The position numbers and the translations under genes are program-made. A model generated the notes under the pieces. It was not told the DNA's origin. It searched no databases and saw only the letters and a list, made by a program, of their open reading frames with translations. A stretch of 64,000 nucleotides of DNA from Octopus bimaculoides (Eukaryota). The stretch spans positions 37,327,971-37,391,970 of the forward strand of contig NC_068994.1 in the NCBI RefSeq assembly GCF_001194135.2, read 5' to 3'. Below are positions 13,251-24,946 of this stretch, piece after piece; position 1 is the first letter of the stretch, and each line of letters opens with the position of its first letter.

Positions 13251-16200
13251 GTATACATACATTTGTATTCATACATAGAATATATAAACATGCCTACACA
13301 TACACATCTATGCCTATGTGTGTATGAGTAACAGGAAGAGAATGAGACAGAGAGAGACATTGTTGTTTTTTAAAGAATTGTTTTTGTTTGTGTTCTTTAT
13401 TTGCATTTAACATTTTTCCACATTAAAAGTCACATTTATATATTTTACTGGAATATTCCAGAAATGAAAGTGAATGTAATCATAACATTTTTACACTTAC
13501 TGAATAATTTGAACTGTAATTGAATGTAGCTGGAGTTTTAAAGAGAGAACTACAAGAAACATAAATAATTCCCAACTCTCCTCATCTGTCTCTCCTCCTC
13601 TCTTACTGTCCCTGTCTCTCTCTGTTCCCACGAAATAGATCGATATTATTTAATTGGAACACAGAGTTCTTAATAAGAATAATTTCCAGCATTAAATTTA
13701 ATTGTACCAAACTTTAATCATTTATTGTTCGAAATATGAATTATTCCAAAATATAGAAAGAAGTAAATTGAAAATTTAGAATATAGAATTTTGATGAAAT
13801 TAATCATATTACATATTAAATCATTTTCCTCATATTTTTAAACCATATGAAACAAATTTTTCCTAAATTAGTTTTAACAGCAAACCAAAAGAAAAAAAAA
13901 GAAAGAAAGAAAGAAGGAAGAATGTAAGAATAAATAAATAGAAGTAGATGTATAAAATATAATAGAATATAATAATGTAAGTAAATATATAAAACATAAA
14001 TATAAAACATAAAATATTAAAACTGCATAAATCTACAACGCCTAATTTTTGCAAAGCTTCTAGATTTCCACCAAATGAGCGATGAAGTTTTACCTATAAC
14101 CTAATAATAGCCAGATAGAAATAGCTCTCTCTTTCTCATCTTTCTCGTTCTTCCTTTCTTCTCCCCATTTTTTTAGATAATGGAAATTTCTGAACTATCT
14201 TCACCATGACAACAAGAATTGTGCTTTCAACAATGGAAAAGAGGTTAACAGAACTTGTTATTCTTACAAGAAGTTTTTTCTTTCTTTTTTTTTCATCGTT
14301 CCATTGACAAGCTCTATACATTAATAAAAAAATATATAATATATATATATATATATATAAGAAAGAGAAAAAAAAGTGGTTTCTTTAGGTTTGTTAATAG
14401 AAAAATTGATCAGAAATTTTAAAGAAAGAATGAGTCAAGAATGATATGTGTATTTTTGGTCATGTAATTTAGAATTTCTTTAAACTTATCTTAAAGAAAA
14501 TTGTCTTCAAGAAGAAGAAAGGGAGAAAAAAAAGCAAGCAACATAAATAAATAACATAGAAAAAATAAGAAACAAAAAATCAGATAGTAAAAAACAAAAA
14601 GCAACAGAGTTGCTTTAAGTTGTCTTTAAGCTTACTATTAGATTCTTCCAGAGTTGTTTTAGATTTAAAAAAATAAAAGAATGAAGGTCTTTGCGGACAT
14701 AAGGATTTCTTAAAGAAACCTTGAAGGATGATAAATAAAATAAAGCTTTGACGAATTTAAATAAATAGTATTAAGCAAATGGAAGTAAATAAGGAATTAT
14801 TGGATTTTTATAAAATATATGCTGTTCTGTTCAAACTTCATTTTGAGAGAGTGAGAGGGAGTGAGAGATAGACAGGCTGAGACAGAGACAGTGGTGTACA
14901 AAAGTAAAAGGAAAATACAATTGTTTTGTTTTTTGTCATTGTTGTTCTTTATGTTGTTGTTGCTGGTGGTTCTTGCATTCACCATATAGGTCATAGAATA
15001 CAAAATAATACATATTTAGATAATTCATTTTGGATGGTAGTTGATTTGGAAAGTTTGAGAAAAAAGATAGGAGAAAGATAGACTTAGTTTGGGGGAACCT
15101 CATTATAAAGGTCAAAGTACATGTCGCTGGCATTTATACTCACACAAACATATTTCATATATANNNNNNNNNNNNNNNNNNNNNNNNNNNNNNNNNNNNN
15201 NNNNNNNNNNNNNNNNNNNNNNNNNNNNNNNNNNNNNNNNNNNNNNNNNNNNNNNNNNNNNNNNNNNNNNNNNNNNNNNNNNNNNNNNNNNNNNNNNNNN
15301 NNNNNNNNNNNNNNNNNNNNNNNNNNNNNNNNNNNNNNNNNNNNNNNNNNNNNNNNNNNNNNNNNNNNNNNNNNNNNNNNNNNNNNNNNNNNNNNNNNNN
15401 NNNNNNNNNNNNNNNNNNNNNNNNNNNNNNNNNNNNNNNNNNNNNNNNNNNNNNNNNNATTTCCAATAAGAAATACAGAAGGCATAAATAACTGCTTCAG
15501 CTTGGCGACAATGGCTTATCAGCTGAAACATCGAGAGGAAAAGAAAAAAAGTATCCTGATAAAGGTATTGTTAAGAGTAGTTGGATTTTTAGGACAATAT
15601 TGTTTCATATTTAGAAACAGTTTTAAGTATTGTAATGAATTAACAATAACTTTTATAAATATATTTGCTCACAGACAATGGAGGCATCTCTTAGAAACCA
15701 TCTAAGGCTTCATGTATGATCTTTAATCATTAGGCTTTAGTATTTCAATAGTTTTTCTGTATTTCAGTATCAAACCAGAATTTTATAGCAGACGTAAAAA
15801 AGAAAAAAAAACTGGAAGCAGCATGTTTGTGTTTAATACATAACTGTTTCAGAAATGATAAAGATGTTGTCTTTTGATCTTTAGCTTCCTAAAACATGGA
15901 TTTCAGAGATTTATTTTTGACTAATATATATAATACAATATTCAATAATTGATGTGGACGATGTTTTAGAATGTTTTGATTTTAAAAAATCACACATTTT
16001 AACTCTTACTGTATATCAGAAGCAACAAACTGTTGTCCTTTGATTTTTTATTTCATAAAATAGAGATTTTGGTATTAAAAAAATATTTTTTTAGAGTTAT
16101 ATGCCCTGTGGTATTAAGTTCTAACTCTTAACATTTGGAGCTCAAATATTACTAATATCAACTTTGCCTTTCATCTTTCCCTGGTTGATGAAATAAAGTA

Positions 16201-17409
16201 CTCATGAAGCACAGGGATCGAAATAATTGGTTGTTCCCTTCCCTAAAATTTCTGGCCTTGTGTCTATGTTAGGAATTATAATCAAACACTTAGTTGGGAG
16301 GTTACTTATCAGTCTAATATTTCACCAGTCATAAGTTGCAAAAAATATTCTTAATCATCAAAGATACTTCACAGCATTATCAGATAGGTTGACAGAAATG
16401 TTAGTGCAATGGGCAACTGCTTTTCAATATTTGTTTTGCATTTTTATATTCTGAGTTCAAATCCCACAGAGGTCAGCTTTGACATTCATCATTCTTGTGT
16501 TGATAAAATAAATACCAGTTAAGACTGGTGTAGACATAATTGACGTTCCCCTTCTCCCAAATGTGAGGCCTTGTGTCCTATGTAAGAAACCCACATTAAA
16601 TATATTGTTACGATCAAAATACATACTCAACATTAAAAATAGTCACTTCCACACTTGAATGGTTAAACAGAGAAATTGCTTTTGTATATTTTTGGAGAGT
16701 CAAAATGGCTCTTTTATGATATAATTGCTTCTAGAACCAATCATATCTTAAAGCAGCTATCTCTCTCATTGAGTCTAAACAAATACAGAACACAAAATAG
16801 CAGGACAGGAGACTTATTGTTTAACATCTGCCTTCCATGCTGGCATGGGTTGGATGGTTTGACAGGAGCTGGCCAAGAAGAAGACTGCACCAGACTTCTG
16901 TGTCTGTTTTGGCATGGTTTTTATGTCTCAATGCCCTTCCCAAAACCAAACACCCCGCAGAGTGGACTGAGTGCTTTTTACGTGGCACCAGGATAGGTGA
17001 GGTCAGTTATGACATGATGTTTACAGCTGGATATCCTTCCAAATGCCAACCACTCTACAGTAAATTCAGTATTGAGCTTCCATTGAATTAAAAGGATGAC
17101 ACACCAAATTGATCAATTCATATTCTATCAACTGTAGGCAGCACTAAATTGGAGAAGAGTCAAACATATGCAGAATAACCAGACAGACAGGCTACATCCA
17201 ATACAGACAATAACTGGCTAGAGAAGTGGGAAATATGGTACTCTTGGGCCGGCCTGAAACATAGCATATCTCCACTGTTGATTCTAGCTTAATGCTTCTA
17301 AAAATTTGATTGGTTGCTTTTGTGCCATGTGTTTTCTCAGAGCAGAGCTAACTGCAGCAGTAACAACAACAACAACAACAACAATCAATGAGTGTACTTC
17401 CATCTAGTC

Positions 17410-17666
17410 CAGAGGTTCTCAACCCTTTTTTGCTTATGAACCATTTCAATTCTTATTTTACTTTACTGGACCCTCATACCAATTCAATGTCTTAAAGAAT
17501 TCCTATTATATTTTTATAATTAAATGTTATTAGGAATTACATAAAAAGTTACCAAAATATTTGATGTATTATAGAAATATGCCCAATTTAATGTGCATAA
17601 ATTCTAACAACAAAAACTTATATGGACCCCCAAGAGGACATAGAGACCCTGGCTCAGAACCCACTG
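17410..17666 (+). mobile_element. hAT (Charlie-like) MITE
   Basis: Ends are CAGAGGTTCTCAACC and GGCTCAGAACCCACTG. The 8-bp flanks atctagtc / acctaggc match 6/8 and resemble the TCTAG target. The interior is AT-rich. Confidence 0.75.
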
Positions 17667-18695
17667 ACCTAGGCATTCAACTAGCTTTAAAAATAGTAGC
17701 CAAATCTCCCAAAAATCACTCCCCCCTCCACTACCACCACTACTATGACCACTACCACCACTTTCACTGCCACCACTCTGAAAAAATTATCCAGGACAAC
17801 ATTAGATAATGTTAGTCTTTAGATACACTGTTTTGAATAAAAGACGGGATGGTCAGTGCTGACTGCTGATTGCTGGCTGGAAAATCTTTGATTATAGGTC
17901 TGTTCGATCATTGTTGACCTGGGGCTAAATCATAACGTACCATAACAACAGACAAACAACAACAACAGCAGCAGCAATAAAACAATTACAACAACAACAA
18001 CTATGGCAACAACAAGAAGAACAACAACTGTTATTAGTTATAACCATTTAGAGGTATACTGGCCCTTATTCTGCGAATGATTAATAAGATTTTGGGTGTG
18101 TTTCTAAGAAAGTAATATGAAATCAAAAGAACAATTGTTAAAACCATTCTTAAAAGTGAAAATTTACTTAAGATCAAAGATGGAAAGCAATGATATTTTA
18201 TTGGTGTTTTTTCTAACTTTTTCTGCTTCTTTTTTTTTTTTTTACTACAAATATCAATAAAAAAAAAAAAAAACGCAAATTAATGCAAAGTGTAGATGGA
18301 TGGAATGGTTTCTGTGGGAAAATTAAATCAAAGAACACACCAGCCACTTTTTGTTGTTTTCTTTTTTGAAATCTTTCTTTTTTATTTTTGTTTTTGTCTT
18401 GTCTTTTAGTATCTGAGTTTTCAGCAAAAATAGTCTTTTATTACTATTTCTTTAAAACTAGTAACACTTTTTTTTTTTTGGAATTGTATGTAATAAAATA
18501 TAAAATATGACTGTAAGATGTAGCCACTGAATAGTCCCAGTGTAAAGATGCAATTTTTACAGAATTAGTAGAAACTGATACCTAAAGAAGATAAAATATA
18601 TAATGTCTCGTACACTGTGTTTCTATCATATTAATTTCTGCAAAGACTTAAATTCTATATCACAACAAAAGATTGCTGTAATCATCTGTCACCTT

Positions 18696-18766
<71 letters not shown>

Positions 18767-19269
18767 TTACTGCTGCCATTGTTGCTGCTGTTGCAGTCAC
18801 CATTGCCATTGCTGCCACTGCCACCAATACCATCACCACCACTGCCACTACTACCACCACCATCACCAGCACTACAACAAACTACCACTATGTTGACCAC
18901 AGCCACCACCACCACCACTTCTGGTGCCACTGCCACTGCCACTAGCTTCCAACATTATCATTGCTGCCACCACCGCCGCCACCACCACCGCCGCCACTGA
19001 AAATTGGTTTACTAGTATGAACCATTCTTTTGCTAATTGTTTCAGATGCTTACGTAGTTGTGAGCAGATATAGATATCTTTTTTGTGGCCCTCAAACCTT
19101 TGACCCAGCAAAACATTCAGGATATAATGGCTAGAACAAGGAGTGAAGTCTGCTGCAGCAAATTGGTTCATCTTTCTTCATCAACCCTTAAAAAATGAAA
19201 GATGAAAGAACTACAGTGCAACTACATTGAATCAGAACAAATATTTCACTGATAGCCAACCCTCATTGG

Positions 19270-19510
19270 GGAGGCATGTGGCTTAGTGGTTAGGCTGTTG
19301 GACTCATGATTGTGAAATTGTTTCAAATGCTGGACCGGGTGACACATTGTGTTCTTGAGCAAAACATTTCTTCTCACATTGCTCCAGTCAGCTCAGCTGG
19401 CGAATGTGAGTAATCCTGCAATAGACCAGTGTCCCATCCAGGAGGGTTTATATACACCACACAAACTGGGAAACTGACCCCATGAGTCTATATGACTAAA
19501 GAAAGGTCTT
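19270..19510 (+). mobile_element. tRNA/CORE-like SINE (family D); other copies at 19810-20055 (-), 43640-43775 (-), 48680-49020 (-), 56640-56872 (-) and 57900-58087 (-)
   Basis: tggcttagtggttagg...ttgtgttcttgagcaaaacattt...ttgctccagtc...cagctgg shared among copies. Confidence 0.75.
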
Positions 19511-20214
19511 TATCCTTTCTCAAAACCACCAACCACTATGATTTTGACCATTGGCACCAACACAACTATTATTCCATTTCATTGTTTGTTATAGTGCTAA
19601 TTATCAATAATTTAAATGGTCTCTTACACGTCATTTTAGATGCATGTATGATTGTATGGAGAAGAAGCTTGCATTGCTTTTATATCATTTTGGGTTCCGT
19701 CCTATCACACTGCACCTTGGCATGTGTTTTCTACTATAGCCCCACACCAGCTAATATCTTGTAAATGAATTTAATAGAGGGAAACTGTGTGAAAGCCTGT
19801 TGTATATACTGTATATATAAGGACTGATGGTACTTCCCAATCCATAAGCTCATAAGGCTAATTTTCTGGATTCTCTGGCATAGACATTGCCCATTGGATG
19901 GGACTGTGGTCCATTGCAGGATTCCTAATTTTTGCCAGCTGAGTAACTGGAGCAATATGAAATGAAGTGTTTTGATCAAGAACACAATTTGTTGCCCATT
20001 TCAGGAGTCAAGACCACATTCTTATGATCATGAGTGCTGCACCCTATCCACTAAGCCAAGATCTTCCACGTACTGTATATACTTATTATTTTGTTAAGGT
20101 TATTTCTATAGAAATTATAACTGATTTTTTACTAAAACATTTCATATCAAAACGTCAGATGTAAACAAACAATGAGATTGGAGACAAAAATGGGTAATGA
20201 GTGTATATGCCATT

Positions 20215-20246
20215 TTTCAGGGGTTTTTGTCCCTTCATCAGCACCT
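20215..20246 (-). ncRNA. Partial hammerhead motif (Penelope terminal-repeat type)
   Basis: CTGATGA-AGGG-ACAAAAAC-CCCT-GAAA. The 3' half (stem III and the cleavage triplet) is degenerate. Confidence 0.4.
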
Positions 20247-20326
20247 GTCTGACCCATTCTCACCTCCGAACTCATTGCTCATATAGTCGCCACCGCATAC
20301 AACGGTTTTGAGCTACTGGATATAGA

Positions 20327-20605
20327 AATTTACATTATTTGCAATTGACGGATATTTGTCCTCATCTTGTTTGTTTTTAACACGTTTCGGCTGATATACC
20401 CTCCAGCCTTCATTAGGTATCTTGGGGAAATTTTGAACCTGAGTTCTCATTCTTAAGGTATTTTTCAATGTTGTTGTTGTTGTTATTATTATTATTATTA
20501 TTATTATTCAGGTCACTGCCTAGAATCGAACTCAAAATCTTGGGGTTAGTAGACCACACTCTTAACCACTACACCTTATGCCCGTGGGCATATACCAATT
20601 TACAT
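20327..20605 (-). mobile_element. tRNA-derived SINE with internal (AAT)n and a Penelope-type hammerhead-like 3' module
   Basis: The head has A-box ggtgtagtggtt and B-box gagttcgattc at 20525-20575, with a terminal hairpin tatgccc/gggcata. An (AAT)n/(AAC)n linker follows, then the HHR-like core at 20379-20421. A 9-bp direct repeat aatttacat lies at 20327-20335 and 20597-20605. Confidence 0.7.
20379..20421 (-). ncRNA. Degenerate type I hammerhead motif inside the SINE
   Basis: GATAC-CTAATGA-A-GGCTG-GAGGGTATAT-CAGCC-GAAAC-GTGTT. Stem II is a perfect 5 bp and stem I GAUAC/GUGUU can pair. G5 is mutated to A and the GUH triplet is absent in this copy. Confidence 0.55.
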
Positions 20606-20984
20606 ATTAAATGCCTTCCTAGGGCTGGTATACTCTTTTACTTGTTTCAGTCATTTGACTGCGACCATGCTGGAACACCGCCTTTCGTTGAGCAAATCGA
20701 CCCCTGGCCTTATTCTTTGTAAGCCTAGTACTTATTCTATCGGACTCTTATGCCGAACCGCTAAGTTACAGGGACATAAACACAGCATCGGTTGTCAAGC
20801 AATGTTGGGGGGACAAACACAGACACACAAGCACGCATATATATATATACATATACATATATACGACGGGCTTGTTTCAGTTTCCGTCTACCAAATCCAC
20901 TCACAAGGCTTTGGTCGGCCCGAGGTTATAGTAGAAGACACTTGCCCAAGGTGCTATGAAAGTAAACAAAGGTAAAAAATAGAG

Positions 20985-21565
20985 GGTTATCTCCCATTGC
21001 CATTGACTATTGACTTCCAGCTGTGCTGCCATCTTGCAGATACCAAAAGGCTAGCAAGAATTTCCTAAAGCGTAAACATGGCCTGAAAATCTCCATTCTG
21101 AAGTTAAGGATGCTTCCCAGTTCAAGTGAGTCTTTTAGGATTCTCACGTGTTCAGCTATGCATAACTTGCAATGCTTTGTCCCGTTGATGTAGGGTTTTT
21201 GAGTATTTTCCATGAGATTGAGTATGGGACCCCATCGTCTATTAGTTGCCAGACGTGACTGGTCAGGAATGTTACATATCCCCTTTCCAGAACTCGGAGG
21301 ACCTATGGTTGGAAAGATACTGCCTGAGAGAATTCCCAGTACATATAATATATTTTCGTGAGCACGTGTTGTTGGTGCTGCACCTGTTGTTGTTGCTGTT
21401 AGAGCTGGGGTTGCTGGTGTTGGCATCGCTGGACGTGGTGAACTCCAGAACAGAGATTTTCAGGCCTTGTTTACACTTTAAGAATTTCCTGCTTGCATTT
21501 TGGTATCCACAAGATAGCAGCACAGCCAGAAATTGATAGCCAATGGCAAAGGGCGATAATCCCTT
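20985..21565 (-). mobile_element. Penelope-like element remnant: GIY-YIG endonuclease C-terminus with an inverted pLTR-like arm
   Basis: Minus frames give KYIICTGNSLRQYLSNHRSS, SHVWQLIDDGVPYSISWKIL and PYINGTKHCKLCIAEHVRIL...LNFRMEIFRPCLRF. About 120-bp arms at 20985-21105 and 21443-21563 are inverted copies (roughly 80% identical by eye). Confidence 0.8.
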
Positions 21566-21745
21566 ATTATTTTACTTAATTATTTTGTAATGAGATTTTT
21601 TCCCCCTCCATATTTTGAAGAGGTCTTAGGCCAACAGGTTTTGGGGTCTGTTGATATGCCATAAAGCTAAACCCTTTGTGGATAGGAAACCCAGGACAAT
21701 CCCATAAACGATCCTTCCCCATTAAAAATATATATATATATATAT

Positions 21746-21778
<33 letters not shown>

Positions 21779-21788
21779 NNNNNNNNNN

Positions 21789-21828
<40 letters not shown>

Positions 21829-23428
21829 TATATATATATGTGGTTATATATATATGTATGTATGTGTGCATGTGTGTGTGTTTTTGTTCCCAACCCTCCC
21901 ACTTGACACCTGGGGTTGATCTGTTCACTAAAACCCTTCAAGGTATTTGGGCAAAAGGAAGCAACTTTGAGGGTGGGGGGGGAGTTAATTGATGCCTTCA
22001 AACCCTGTAATTGACTGCTGCTCTATTTCATCAACCCTGAAAGGATGAAATACAAAATTGACCTCAGCAAGGATTGAACTCAGAATGCAAAGAGGTGTAA
22101 CAAATATTGCAAGGCATTTTTTTTTTGTTATACAGTAATTTTTCTGCCAATTGACTGATGATTACAAAGTTTCATTTGCTTCAGTTCTCTAAAAACAGAA
22201 GTTCAACAAACATGAACATCAAAGAAAGGAGACAGAGGTGATAAATATTACACTGAAAGATAGCAAAAATAAAAAAAAAGGAAAGAAAAATAATGAATGT
22301 ACATAGGTGCAGGCATGGCTGTGTGGTTGAGAAGCTCGCTTTGCAAACCACGTGGTTTGGGGTTCAGTCCCATTATGTGGAACATGGGGTAAGTGTCTCC
22401 TACTATACCCCTGGGCCAATTAGTGCCCTGTGAGTAAATATGCAAGTATAGAATAGGGAGTGCTAAATGATGATGATGATATCCGGAGGAAAGGCTTGTT
22501 TATTAAACCAAATAAAAGCTGCATGAGAATTGCATTTGAGAAGGAATAGTTGGTTATTCTATTCTTTCAGGCTCATTTACCAGATACTAAAGAAAGAAAA
22601 ACAGCCCATTCATCCCCTCCTCCCCACCCCCCAAAAGCCCACCAGGGTCATATTTATGACAAACTTAGCTGAAAGTTTAAGCTGTTTTGTAGCTGCTTGA
22701 AAGCCCACATTCCTTAAGCTATGGTACAAAATGGTACTGGCTATTGATAAAATCTTTTGTACCTCCCACAAAATGTAATTCTGACCTGGTGGCATTTTTA
22801 TTTTTTGTTGTTGCTGAAGTACCATGATTTATTGTGAGTACACTGTCACAGACTCACAATCTATGGCTGATATTTTATAGCGATGGTTTCCCCCTTATCT
22901 CACACCCATCTCATATTCGTTATTCTTGTCATCACAGAATCCTAATTTCTCTTCACCAAATCCTAACTTTCGATGTTTGATTGTTGCTGTTGTCATTGTT
23001 GTGTTTTTAGCCCTAGATCAGCTCAGATCGAACAAATTTATGATTGGAAGAGACTCCAGCTGTGATCATTGCATATTTTAACAAATACCTAGAATAAAGT
23101 TATCTCATATACTCTTCTCATTCATGTTCAGTAGTCATAATTTGAAATTTGACAATGTTTCTAGCTAGTCAAATAACCATGCAGAGTTCCCCTGGCACAT
23201 GTCTTTCATGAAAATGGAGTCTTGCCACAAAGAGTAAATGTTTTGGATATGTTCCTGCAAGTATCTTTTGCAATCACATTATTATTTTTATTTTTTGCTA
23301 ATCCTTACCTTTGTTATTTTTTTTGTTCTTCATTTAGGATTATTTCTCCATTTATGATGTTGAGGTTAACATGAAGATGTTAACCATAACATCTCTGTCT
23401 GTCTGTCTGTCTTTTTCTTTCTTTCTTT

Positions 23429-23485
23429 CTGACAAAGGATTCTTCCTGAAATGTTAATCCTCTATTTTCTTAATGGCAAAACATT
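23429..23485 (+). ncRNA. Minimal hammerhead-like motif with CpG decay, in a small dispersed repeat (copy 1)
   Basis: After (TCTG)n/(CTTT)n: CTGACAA-AGGA-TTCT-TCCT-GAAA-TGTT-AATCCTCTATTTTCTTAATGGC. Restoring CpGs gives CTGACGA...GAAACGTT. Confidence 0.4.
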
Positions 23486-23719
23486 TATTGTCATTCTTTT
23501 TGTTCTTCATTTAGATTTATATCTGTCATCTATGATGTGGTCATCTGCACAAATGCACAACCAGATTCTGTAAAATAAAGGTCTTGAAGGCTAATACATA
23601 GAGGAATATTTAGAGTATTGTTCAATGGTGAATCATGTATTCAATGTTAAACAAAAGGTCTAGTGTCTGAAGATGGTTCTCATTTTCATGAAAAAAACTT
23701 ACCTAGGAAGCTCTATTGT

Positions 23720-23970
23720 TAGTTGTTCTGAACCAGGGTCCATATGGCTCTTGTGGAGTCCAGACTTTTTTGTTAAAACTTATTTGCAATAACTAGATTA
23801 TATTTCTACGATTCACAAAATACTGTTATAATTATTTTTATACAATTCTTAATAATATTTAATTATAAAAATATAATAGGATTTTTTAAAATTTTTATTG
23901 GTCTGGAGGGTCTGACCTAGTCAAATAGTAATCAAAAGAGTCCATAGGTAAAAATGGTTGAGAAACACTG
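23720..23970 (-). mobile_element. Second copy of the same hAT MITE family, opposite orientation
   Basis: Ends are tagttgttctgaaccagggtcc and ggttgagaaacactg. The interior is similar to the reverse complement of 17410-17666. Confidence 0.7.
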
Positions 23971-24566
23971 CTCCACATAGTCATTCAATTTGCAAGGAAT
24001 AACAATCAAATTTTACTCAAATTATGCCTACTAAACTTAAAAGGGAAGACGCATGTGATAACCTTAGTCTAGATATTTCTTAAAATATGCTATGACCACC
24101 ACTGAAGTTGCTTCAAGCCATAAGTCTGTTCAATTAGGATTGACCTAGGGCCAAAAAATAACAACAACAACAAACAAGCAAACATCAAAATCAATTCTTT
24201 TATATGTTTTTTGCATGATGTAAAACTGATCAAGGTTTCGTTTTCAAGTTTTCAATCATGTATGTTGTGAAAAAGATATTGTTATTGAATAATCCTATCT
24301 AGTATTACAAACACTTGTAAGGATCTGTTAACATAACCAGCAGACCAAGCATCTAAATTAACCTTGGCCAACATCAGCTTCTCTATTTAGAAGAATATAT
24401 ATGGCTTTGCAATTGTCTATAATTTCTTTCTGGTCTTTTTTCCTCACATGTAACAAACATTCACACATACACACATATACACAGGCAAAAGAAAATAAAA
24501 AGAAGAAAAAAAAACATTCCAGCTCAGAAGCTGTATAAAAATATACTTGGCAGATATGACTAGAAT

Positions 24567-24675
24567 TTACAGGAAAGACCACTCAATTCTTATGACTTGC
24601 TTGCTATACAGCCATTCATAATTCATAATCTCTTGTACTTCAAGTTCTGTGATAGATTTTTCACAACCTGCTTCT
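24567..24675 (-). CDS. Candidate terminal or near-terminal exon (R-EAGCEKSITELEVQEIMNYEWLYSKQVIRIEWSFL*)
   Basis: An 83-86 nt GT-AG intron links it to the 24762 exon through a NAGNAG (cagcag) acceptor, phase-2 compatible. There are 35 open codons to TAA at 24567-24569. Confidence 0.45.
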
Positions 24676-24761
24676 CTGCTGATGACAGTAGTTATAAGCA
24701 TTGAAATCCATCATTGTTTTTATGTGATTTCATTTTATTTTGCTTTGTTTTATTTTCTTAC

Positions 24762-24795
24762 CTGTATCTCCTTTCAATCATCAAAGTTGGAACAC
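24762..24795 (-). CDS. Candidate short coding exon (x-VPTLMIERRY-R); alternative acceptor at 24807
   Basis: Strong donor CAG|gtaaga and a CTAAC branch-like motif about 19 nt upstream of the acceptor. It is in the same frame as the 24859-24946 segment. Confidence 0.45.
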
Positions 24796-24858
24796 CTTGA
24801 TAATCAGCTCAGTTAGTAGTGTGTGTGTGTATGTGTAGAGGCCATATTACAGCAACAC

Positions 24859-24946
24859 TTATCTCAGCTTTCAGATTTGCAACCACGTGTCTAGTGAACT
24901 GATATTGCTTAACAACAGATCGTTCTGAAAAATTTTCATTTGAATT
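24859..24946 (-). CDS. Candidate coding exon (NSNENFSERSVVKQYQFTRHVVANLKAEI)
   Basis: Acceptor ggtctgaattcctttag| with a phase-0 start matching the 30864 exon. The 3' boundary is uncertain because the donor (TAA|gtgttg) is weak. Confidence 0.38.

Noticed and set aside
14177-14250. Plus-strand exon after a long pyrimidine tract (ttttttag|ataatgg)
   Set aside because: Stops occur in all three frames soon after the AG, and the donor is weak.
15495-15530. ggcttatcagctga resembling a miR-21-like seed region in a small hairpin
   Set aside because: The match is only partial, the stem is too short for a pre-miRNA, and miR-21 is a vertebrate family.
20505-20592. tRNA gene
   Set aside because: A/B boxes are present but there is no convincing acceptor stem. 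It is a SINE head, as are the other tRNA-like segments.
24808-24812. In-frame TGA read as selenocysteine
   Set aside because: It lies next to a (CA)n tract within a plausible 63-nt intron, and no SECIS was identified.
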